DNA of 53,809 nucleotides from a virus (lineage: Duplodnaviria; Caudoviricetes). This document shows, piece by piece, positions 46,684 through 53,809 of the stretch (positions within the stretch are counted from its first letter, which is position 1; each line of letters begins with the position of its first letter). The stretch is taken from the IMG/VR virus record IMGVR_UViG_3300032214_001510, positions 1-53,809 of that record, one strand, 5' to 3'. The notes under the pieces were generated by a model that saw only the letters and a list, made by a program, of their open reading frames with translations, did not search any database and was not told where the DNA came from. The position numbers and the translations under genes are program-made.

Positions 46684-46908
46684 ATGGAAGATATTATCGA
46701 TTTGATTGCAACAGGTTCTGCTGCATCAGACGTTAGTGACAAAATTAAAGAGATTCTTTATGCAAAATCTGCAGAAAGAATTGATCTTGCAAGACCTATC
46801 GTTGGACAATCAATGTTTGGTGAGCAAGAAGCAGAATATGAAGAAGGTGAAGAAATTGAAGTTGATGAAACTGATGAAGAAGATTACTCTGAAGGGGAAC
46901 AAGAATAA
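46684..46908 (+). CDS. Small acidic prohead core protein (gp67-like position)
   Basis: Follows gp20 and has a Glu-rich tail. Confidence 0.65.
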   Translation: MEDIIDLIATGSAASDVSDKIKEILYAKSAERIDLARPIVGQSMFGEQEAEYEEGEEIEVDETDEEDYSEGEQE

Positions 46909-47453
46909 TGGCACATAGACCAGTTGGATTAAATACATCTTTTGTTACTGGTACTACAGCAGCAAAATCAACTGCATTTTCAGTTCAATCAAATGCTTTG
47001 AGAGTAACTGCTACTGGAGCAAATGCATTTGTTGCTATTGGTACTGAACCAACGGCAACTCATTCTGATTATCTCGTTGTTTCTGGTTCTTCACAAACAT
47101 TAGCATTGACAGTTGCTTCTCAAAGAGTTGCGGGAATTGAGACTGGAACCATTACAACAATCACATTCCCAGAGGGAACTGGATCTCCCTTTGAGGTAAA
47201 TGACTATGTGACCTTGACTGCAGATACTCAAACATATTACAATTTCTCACATTGTCCTGTCGTATCTGTACAAACTTCAGCATCAGTTAATGGTGGTTAT
47301 TCTACAAGAATTGGAATTGGAACAAATACATCTGGTATTTCTACAGCATTCGCAGGAACTGCTAATCTTAGAAAATCACTAAGACTTTCAGCGATTGCTG
47401 GATCTGCTGGAAACGTTTATATCCAACAAGTACAAATTTCTGGAGACGCATAA
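46908..47453 (+). CDS. Hypothetical virion protein
   Basis: 181-aa Ser/Thr/Ala-rich ORF, translationally coupled to the upstream gene. Confidence 0.7.
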   Translation: MAHRPVGLNTSFVTGTTAAKSTAFSVQSNALRVTATGANAFVAIGTEPTATHSDYLVVSGSSQTLALTVASQRVAGIETGTITTITFPEGTGSPFEVNDYVTLTADTQTYYNFSHCPVVSVQTSASVNGGYSTRIGIGTNTSGISTAFAGTANLRKSLRLSAIAGSAGNVYIQQVQISGDA

Positions 47454-47457
47454 GGAA

Positions 47458-48108
47458 ATGAAACTCATCACAGAAGAGGTATCAGAAGTTAAATTTATTT
47501 CTGAAGGTAAAGGTGCATCTAAAAAGATGTACATTGAGGGTGTTTTCCTTCAGGGAAACATTTGCAACCGCAATGGAAGAATGTATCCTATGGAAACTCT
47601 CGCAAGAGAAGTTGGTAGATACAATGAAACTTTTGTTGCAAAAGGTCGTGCTCTTGGTGAACTAGGACATCCAGATGGTCCAACAGTTAACCTTGATCGT
47701 GTTTCACATAAAATTGTTTCTCTTACTCAAGAAGGAAATAATTTTAAAGGTAAAGCACAACTTCTCGAAACCCCAATGGGAAAAATCGCCAAGTCTCTTT
47801 TAGATGAAGGCGTAATGCTCGGTGTTTCTTCTCGTGGTGTTGGTTCACTCAAGATGACTAATGAAGGTCATAAAATTGTTGGTGAAGATTTTATGCTTGC
47901 AACTGCTGCTGATATCGTTGCCGATCCTTCTGCACCTGATGCTTTTGTTTCTGGAATTATGGAAGGTAGAGAGTGGGTTTGGGAAGGAGGAATTATTCGT
48001 GAAAAACTTGCAGAATCTACAAAGCGTAGAATCAATACCTTAGTTGATGAAAGAACTCTTCAGGAACATAAAGTACAATTGTTCCAAGATTTCTTATCAA
48101 ATCTCTAA
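47458..48108 (+). CDS. gp21: Prohead protease gp21
   Basis: MKLITE start after an AAGGA RBS; NRNGRMYP, ALGELGHP and GVSSRGVGS motifs. Confidence 0.96.
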   Translation: MKLITEEVSEVKFISEGKGASKKMYIEGVFLQGNICNRNGRMYPMETLAREVGRYNETFVAKGRALGELGHPDGPTVNLDRVSHKIVSLTQEGNNFKGKAQLLETPMGKIAKSLLDEGVMLGVSSRGVGSLKMTNEGHKIVGEDFMLATAADIVADPSAPDAFVSGIMEGREWVWEGGIIREKLAESTKRRINTLVDERTLQEHKVQLFQDFLSNL

Positions 48109-48112
48109 ATTT

Positions 48113-48124
48113 AATAAATAAATA
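48113..48124 (+). promoter_or_regulatory. Two overlapping late promoter boxes (AATAAATAAATA)
   Basis: Upstream of gp22-gp23. Confidence 0.8.
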
Positions 48125-48150
48125 TAGATTATATCAAGATCTAAAAACAA

Positions 48151-49299
48151 ATGTCCGTTGGTAGAAATTTACAAGAAATGGAAAACGTAGTAACCAAAGG
48201 GGCTGCACCTGCCGAACCAATGCAAACTGGTACTGGGGCTATCACTCCAGGACAAACTGGCGCTTGGGAAGATCTCGGTGGTCCTACTCCCGAAAATTAT
48301 CGTCCAGATGACGAATCAGGAAAACTCAAAGATCCTTCAGCAACTCTTTCTCAAGTAAGAGATGTTGTTAATGCTAAAGCTGCAAAAGCAGAAGCAGTAA
48401 AGGAAGAGTCTGAGAAAGAAGAAGAGGATGAGGATGAGGAGAAGGAAGAGAAGAAATCTTCCAAGAAAAAGCATAAGGAAGAAATGAAAGAGGAGTCCGA
48501 AGAGGACGAAGATCTTGAGGATGTAGAATCCGAAGAAGAAGAGGAAGAAGTTGTAGAAGAAGACTTCAACATCGAAGAAGATGTAAATGCTCTTCTTGCT
48601 GGTGAAGAACTCTCAGAAGAGTTCCAAGAAAAAGCAAAAACAATTTTTGAAGCAGCTATTAGATCTAAAGTTGCTACCATTAAAGAGCATCTGCAAGAAG
48701 TATATGCTCAGCAAATGGTTGAAGAGTTACAATACATCAAAGAAGAATTAACCGATAGAGTTGATTCGTACCTTGAGTATGTTGCTGACGAGTGGTTCCA
48801 AGAGAATGCACTCGCAGTTGAGCACGGACTTCAGTCAGAAATGACTGAATCGTTCCTACAAGGTCTGAAAGGACTTTTTGAAGAACATTATGTATCAATC
48901 CCTGAAGAAAAATATGATGTTGTCTATAATATGGTAGACAAACTTGATGAAATGGAAGAAAAACTCAACGAGCAAATCGAAAGAAATATTGCTCTTAATA
49001 AGAGATTAGCAGAGTCGGTCGCTGATGTGATCTTTGCAGAAGTCTCTGAAGGTCTAGCACTTTCCCAGAGAGATAAACTCGCTTCTCTAGCGGAAAATGT
49101 TGAGTTTGACAGTGAAGCAGACTATCGTGAGAAACTAGAAACACTGAGAAATTCTTATTTCCCAGCAAACACTAGTGCTCCTAAGAACGTAACTGAAAAT
49201 CTTTCAGAGGAAGTAGCACAAGGAGAAATGATTGAAGAATCATATTCCCCATCAATGAGTGCTTATCTTTCGATGATGAGTAAAGTTGCTAAGAAGTGA
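48151..49299 (+). CDS. gp22: Prohead core scaffold gp22
   Basis: EEFQEKAKTIFEAA and VDSYLEYVADEW motifs; acidic coiled coil. Confidence 0.94.
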   Translation: MSVGRNLQEMENVVTKGAAPAEPMQTGTGAITPGQTGAWEDLGGPTPENYRPDDESGKLKDPSATLSQVRDVVNAKAAKAEAVKEESEKEEEDEDEEKEEKKSSKKKHKEEMKEESEEDEDLEDVESEEEEEEVVEEDFNIEEDVNALLAGEELSEEFQEKAKTIFEAAIRSKVATIKEHLQEVYAQQMVEELQYIKEELTDRVDSYLEYVADEWFQENALAVEHGLQSEMTESFLQGLKGLFEEHYVSIPEEKYDVVYNMVDKLDEMEEKLNEQIERNIALNKRLAESVADVIFAEVSEGLALSQRDKLASLAENVEFDSEADYREKLETLRNSYFPANTSAPKNVTENLSEEVAQGEMIEESYSPSMSAYLSMMSKVAKK

Positions 49300-49351
49300 T
49301 TTTTATATCATTTAATTCAAACAAACAACACTTTTAAAAAGGTAAAATCCA

Positions 49352-50743
49352 ATGCAAATGTTCAATGCTGAGCATCTGCAGGAGAAGTGGGCACCACTGC
49401 TAGACTATACAGGTCTTGATCCTATCAAGGATTCACATCGCAGAATGGTAACCGCAATCCTGCTCGAAAACCAAGAAAAAACAATCCGTGAGGAGCGCGA
49501 GTTCCTTTACGAAGGTCCAACCAATAGCACAGGTACTACTACTGGTTCTGGCACTGGTCTTAGTGCTAGTTCAACTGGCGCACTACAAGGTTTCGACCCC
49601 GTTCTGATCTCACTGATCAGACGCTCAATGCCTAACCTGATCGCTTATGATATCTGCGGCGTTCAGCCAATGAACGGTCCTACTGGACTGATCTTCGCAA
49701 TGCGCTCACGCTATAGCGATCAATCTGGTCCAGAAACCTTCTTCAACGAAGTTGATTCTGCGTTCTCTGGTCAGAACGAAGGATTCGACCTCACCAACGG
49801 CATGACTAGTGCTACCGTTGGTATGGGTACTACTGGCCAAACTGGTACTAACCCTGGTCTTCTCAATCCTGAGTCAGGTCAAACTGGCAGTACCTACAGC
49901 GTAGGTCAGGGTATGAGAACCGATGATGCTGAAGATCTCGGAACCGCTGGTGATAACTTCAACCAGATGGCATTCAGCATCGAGAAGGTCACCGTAACTG
50001 CTAAGTCACGTGCCCTCAAGGCTGAGTACTCACTTGAGCTCGCTCAAGACCTCAAGGCAATTCACGGTCTGAATGCTGAAGCGGAACTCGCAAACATCCT
50101 CTCAACTGAGATTCTTGCTGAGATCAACCGCGAAGTTATTCGTACCATCTACAGAGTTGCTGAGTCGGGTGCTCAAGTTAACACTGCTACCGCAGGTACT
50201 TTCGACCTCGACGTTGACTCCAACGGTCGTTGGTCAGTTGAGAAGTTTAAGGGTCTTATCTTCCAAATCGAGCGCGACGCTAACGCAATCGCACAAAGAA
50301 CTCGTAGAGGAAAGGGCAACACCATCATCTGCTCTGCTGACGTTGCTTCAGCACTTGCAATGGCTGGTGTTCTCGATTACACCCCTGCTCTCAACGCTAA
50401 CCTCAACGTTGATGACACTGGTAACACCTTCGCTGGTGTTCTGCAAGGTAAGTATCGCGTATACATTGACCCATACGCTGCTAACGTTGCTTCTAACCAG
50501 TACTACGTTGTTGGTTACAAGGGTTCCAGCCCATATGACGCTGGTCTCTTCTACTGCCCATATGTTCCTCTCCAAATGGTTCGTGCCGTTGGCGAGAACA
50601 CCTTCCAGCCAAAAATCGGGTTTAAGACTCGTTATGGCATGGTTGCAAACCCATTCGCTCAAGGTACTACCGCAGGCGCTGGTGCTCTCACTGTTAACGC
50701 TAACCGTTACTACAGAAGAGTTAAGGTTGCTAACCTTATGTGA
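49352..50743 (+). CDS. gp23: Major capsid protein gp23
   Basis: GVQPMNGPTGLIFAMR, ELAQDLKAIHGL and FQPKIGFKTRYG motifs. Confidence 0.99.
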   Translation: MQMFNAEHLQEKWAPLLDYTGLDPIKDSHRRMVTAILLENQEKTIREEREFLYEGPTNSTGTTTGSGTGLSASSTGALQGFDPVLISLIRRSMPNLIAYDICGVQPMNGPTGLIFAMRSRYSDQSGPETFFNEVDSAFSGQNEGFDLTNGMTSATVGMGTTGQTGTNPGLLNPESGQTGSTYSVGQGMRTDDAEDLGTAGDNFNQMAFSIEKVTVTAKSRALKAEYSLELAQDLKAIHGLNAEAELANILSTEILAEINREVIRTIYRVAESGAQVNTATAGTFDLDVDSNGRWSVEKFKGLIFQIERDANAIAQRTRRGKGNTIICSADVASALAMAGVLDYTPALNANLNVDDTGNTFAGVLQGKYRVYIDPYAANVASNQYYVVGYKGSSPYDAGLFYCPYVPLQMVRAVGENTFQPKIGFKTRYGMVANPFAQGTTAGAGALTVNANRYYRRVKVANLM

Positions 50744-50764
50744 GTTAATTCACAACTCAATCAG

Positions 50765-50789
50765 GAGGGTCTTCGGACCCTCTTTTTTT
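50765..50789 (+). terminator. Rho-independent terminator with UUCG tetraloop
   Basis: GAGGGTC-TTCG-GACCCTC followed by seven T residues. Confidence 0.93.
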
Positions 50790-50813
50790 GTCTAAATATA
50801 ATTAAAAAGACTC

Positions 50814-51419
50814 ATGAAGTCGTATAAACAATTTTGTGCTGATGCGAATATCCAAGAGTTTTGGAATCCATTAGCAAAAAAATCACAACCCCAAAAATCA
50901 CAACCAGTTCTTGCTTACAAAAATTATCAGCAAGGATTTGGTAAGGGTAAGGATTGGAAACCTGGAAAATGGAATCCTGAGCAGGAAAAAAGATATGGAT
51001 GGAAACCAGTAAAAGCAAGTGTTTATGCACCTGGAGACGCATTTACTCCCAATAAAGTAACAGCAACTGGAGAACCGCATAATTGGACTACAAGAAACGC
51101 TGCTGTCCCATTTAAGTATAAAGAAGGGCAAGCACCGAAAGGAAAGGAAGGAAAACCTTCGGTTCCATATGGGTCAACACTAAGAGTTACAGCAGAACCT
51201 CAAGGAAAAAAGACAAAAGAAGCAAAAGCAAAAATTAATGATGTTGGAGATTTTGGTACAACTGGTAACGTAAACAGAGATGTTTCATTTGATGTTTCTC
51301 CTCAAATTACTAAAGATGTTGCAGGGAGAAATATAACACCACAACAATGGGGTAAAAGAACAGTCTACACTCAAGTTACTCCTCCAATTTCAGCAAAAGT
51401 CGCACCTAAGAAAAAATAA
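50814..51419 (+). CDS. RlpA-like double-psi beta-barrel protein with capsid-targeting-like N-terminus
   Basis: ASVY...TATGE...AA...PYGSTLRVT...KINDVG...FDVS motifs; N-terminus MKSYKQF. CTAAATA lies upstream at 50792. Confidence 0.65.
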   Translation: MKSYKQFCADANIQEFWNPLAKKSQPQKSQPVLAYKNYQQGFGKGKDWKPGKWNPEQEKRYGWKPVKASVYAPGDAFTPNKVTATGEPHNWTTRNAAVPFKYKEGQAPKGKEGKPSVPYGSTLRVTAEPQGKKTKEAKAKINDVGDFGTTGNVNRDVSFDVSPQITKDVAGRNITPQQWGKRTVYTQVTPPISAKVAPKKK

Positions 51420-51970
51420 TGGCAACCAGTCCCCTTTCCAATCAGATAGGCAATAGAAATTTTCTATCGCCAGTAGGATTTAGGTTCACTTTGGCAAAAT
51501 TTCCAAAGGTAACTTTTTTCTCCAACGCATCTAGAATACCAGAAATTACTTTGTCAACTGTACAACAAAGTAACTATCTGAAAATGATTGATGTACCTGG
51601 AGATCTATTAACCTATGGCGACTTTACTCTTAGATTTCTGATTGATGAAAATTTAGAAAATTATATGGCAATTCATACCTGGTTAACTGGTTTGGGGTTT
51701 CCAGAGGTTGCTTCCCAATATGATAATTTTATTACACAAAATGAAATAACCGATCCAAAAAATGCATTCTGTGATGGAACTCTAAGAATTTTAAATAGCA
51801 ACTATAAAGACGTTGCATTGGTTAAATTTAAAGACCTCTATCCAATTTCTTTAACACCAATGGAATTTGAGGCGCAAGAGACAGATATTAACTACTTTAC
51901 AGCAGAGGCAACTTTCAAGTATACTGTATATAATATCCTGAAACCTGACGGCACAACATATGAATCTTGA
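51419..51970 (+). CDS. gp3: Tail tube terminator / completion protein gp3
   Basis: NFLSPVGFRF, FLIDENLENY and FKDLYPISL motifs. Confidence 0.9.
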   Translation: MATSPLSNQIGNRNFLSPVGFRFTLAKFPKVTFFSNASRIPEITLSTVQQSNYLKMIDVPGDLLTYGDFTLRFLIDENLENYMAIHTWLTGLGFPEVASQYDNFITQNEITDPKNAFCDGTLRILNSNYKDVALVKFKDLYPISLTPMEFEAQETDINYFTAEATFKYTVYNILKPDGTTYES

Positions 51971-52391
51971 TGAAATTCAGGAGATGTGGCAGAGAGATTC
52001 TGTCATTGATCCCGATAACTTACACGATGAATCTTTAAAAATTCCCCAACTCCACTCAAAGTATTATACCGTATACAATACAATTACCCTATTGAGAGAA
52101 AAGGCGAGAGAAACTTACAATAAAGTCAAATTAGAAAGATATAATTACTACTCAGGAAAGGCACCTGTAGAGGTTTACGAAGAAGAACCATTCCCTTATA
52201 AAGTTAGAGACAAAGAGGCATTACAGAGGCATATGGATGCCGATGAGAGATTGAATAAGATCGATCTCAAAATTAAATACTACGACATTATGCTCAAATT
52301 TCTTGAGGAAGTAATCAAAACTATTTCCAATCGAACTTATCAAATTAAAAATGCAATTGAGTGGCATAGGTTCCAATCGGGGTTTAATTAA
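51960..52391 (+). CDS. uvsY: Recombination mediator UvsY
   Basis: ESLKIPQLHSKY and RTYQIKNAIEW motifs. Confidence 0.92.
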   Translation: MNLDEIQEMWQRDSVIDPDNLHDESLKIPQLHSKYYTVYNTITLLREKARETYNKVKLERYNYYSGKAPVEVYEEEPFPYKVRDKEALQRHMDADERLNKIDLKIKYYDIMLKFLEEVIKTISNRTYQIKNAIEWHRFQSGFN

Positions 52392-52395
52392 TACA

Positions 52396-52403
52396 AATAA
52401 ATA
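52396..52403 (+). promoter_or_regulatory. T4-type late promoter AATAAATA
   Basis: Intergenic, upstream of uvsW. Confidence 0.75.
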
Positions 52404-52424
52404 TTTTTGTATTGATATGAACGT

Positions 52425-53809
52425 ATGTCACACTTGGTTATATCTAAAAAGAATGAGGTATATCTTCAGGTAAAAGCGGAACCGCACGTCTATTACGAAC
52501 TTGCAGACCAGTTCACATTTGACGTACCAGGCGCAAAGTTCATGCCCCAGTTTCGCAATAGACACTGGGATGGAAAAATACGCTTATTTAATACTCAAAC
52601 AGGTGAAATCTATATTGGTTTATTAGATAAAATCACACGTTTTTGTGAGACTCATGATTATAGTTATGAATTTGTAAATAATAAGTTTTATGGGATACCT
52701 TTTGAGGTTAATGAACATATCTCAAAAGAAGGTGTTAAAGACTATATGACTTCTATTTGCAAGTACGCTCCCCGTGAATACCAAGTTGAGGGAGTATACG
52801 ACGCTTTAAGACACAATAGAAAGTTGTTGATATCTCCAACTGCTTCTGGAAAGTCGTTGATGATATATTCGATTGTGAGATATTACGTTGAGAAAGGACA
52901 AAATACTTTGATAGTCGTTCCAACGACATCCCTTGTAGAACAGATGTATAAAGACTTTGCGGATTATGGGTGGGATGTTGGTTCATACTGCCACAAAATA
53001 TATGCAGGTAAAGAAAGAGAAACAGACTCTCAGGTGATTATCACTACCTGGCAATCCATCTACAAACTTCCCCGACAATATTTCTCAAGATTTAATGTGG
53101 TCGTAGGAGATGAAGCACACCAGTTTAAATCAAAGTCATTAGTATCTATAATGACAAAACTTTCTGATGCAAAATACCGTTTTGGATTTACAGGCACACT
53201 AGACGGCACACAAACTCATAAATGGGTTCTGGAAGGTTTATTTGGTCCTTCATATAAGATCATCAGAACAGAAGAACTGATGCAGAAGGGTCATGTTGCG
53301 AAACTGGACATTAATATATTGTTATTAAAACACCCACCAAATAAGTTTGAGACTTTTGAGGATGAAGTTCAGTATATTATCAATCATGAAAAACGTAATA
53401 AGTTTATTCGTAATCTTGCTCTTGATCTCAAAGGAAATACTCTGATTCTTTTTTCCAGAGTAGAGGGACACGGTCAACCTTTATACAAACTCATAAATAA
53501 GAGTATCGCTGAGAATCGTCATGTATTTTTTGTTCATGGTGGAGTGGACACCGAAGACCGAGAAAAAGTCAGAGAAATAACTGAGAAAGAAAACAATGCA
53601 ATCATCGTTGCTTCTTACGGGACTTTTTCTACTGGTGTTAACATCAGAAATTTACATAATGTTATCTTTGCTTCCCCTAGTAAATCAAGAATCAGAAACC
53701 TCCAATCAATCGGAAGAGTCCTAAGAAAGGGAGACAATAAGACAAAGGCAACTCTATATGACATTGCCGATGATATCAGTTATAAGTCAAGAAAAAATTA
53801 TACACTCAA
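52425..53809 (+). CDS. uvsW: UvsW SF2 helicase (3' end lies beyond the window)
   Basis: Translated by hand and absent from the track: MSHLVISKKNEV..., WDGKIRLF, SPTASGKS, GDEAH, LQSIGRVLR. Confidence 0.95.
   Translation, partial: MSHLVISKKNEVYLQVKAEPHVYYELADQFTFDVPGAKFMPQFRNRHWDGKIRLFNTQTGEIYIGLLDKITRFCETHDYSYEFVNNKFYGIPFEVNEHISKEGVKDYMTSICKYAPREYQVEGVYDALRHNRKLLISPTASGKSLMIYSIVRYYVEKGQNTLIVVPTTSLVEQMYKDFADYGWDVGSYCHKIYAGKERETDSQVIITTWQSIYKLPRQYFSRFNVVVGDEAHQFKSKSLVSIMTKLSDAKYRFGFTGTLDGTQTHKWVLEGLFGPSYKIIRTEELMQKGHVAKLDINILLLKHPPNKFETFEDEVQYIINHEKRNKFIRNLALDLKGNTLILFSRVEGHGQPLYKLINKSIAENRHVFFVHGGVDTEDREKVREITEKENNAIIVASYGTFSTGVNIRNLHNVIFASPSKSRIRNLQSIGRVLRKGDNKTKATLYDIADDISYKSRKNYTL

Noticed and set aside
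48351-48680. Ser-rich minus-strand ORF
   Set aside because: It is the antisense read of Glu/Asp-rich GAA/GAG codons in gp22.
40110-50743. Introns or inteins in terminase, portal or capsid genes
   Set aside because: The ORFs are uninterrupted, of normal length, and show no intein or homing-endonuclease motifs.
50073-50795. 240-aa alternative-frame ORF overlapping gp23
   Set aside because: It is a Leu/Thr/Ser-rich by-product of gp23 codon bias and runs through the terminator.
1-53809. tRNA or rRNA genes
   Set aside because: Intergenic gaps are short and I recognised no cloverleaf or T-loop signature; tRNAscan-SE was not run.

Overview
This window is a segment of a T4-like myovirus, most likely a cyanophage, with every credible gene on the + strand. 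Part 1 (~180-2420) is a GC-rich array of nine small ORFs. Almost every ORF has its own copy of a composite promoter: a palindrome TGTGCC-N12-GGCACA or variant, a GC stem-loop, a -10 box, then a conserved CA start. Part 2 (2561-5015) is a transition block with an AbrB-like ORF, a glycosyltransferase, speD and small conserved ORFs. Part 3 is an AT-rich late structural module: gp25, gp6, a 4700-aa gp7-like protein, gp8, a VrlC-like protein, fibre proteins, gp13-16, a four-gene insert, gp17-23, an RlpA-like gene, gp3, uvsY and a partial uvsW. T4-type NATAAATA late promoters occur throughout part 3. Several real short ORFs are missing from the supplied track, including an NblA-like candidate. All family calls come from motif recognition by eye; no searches were run.
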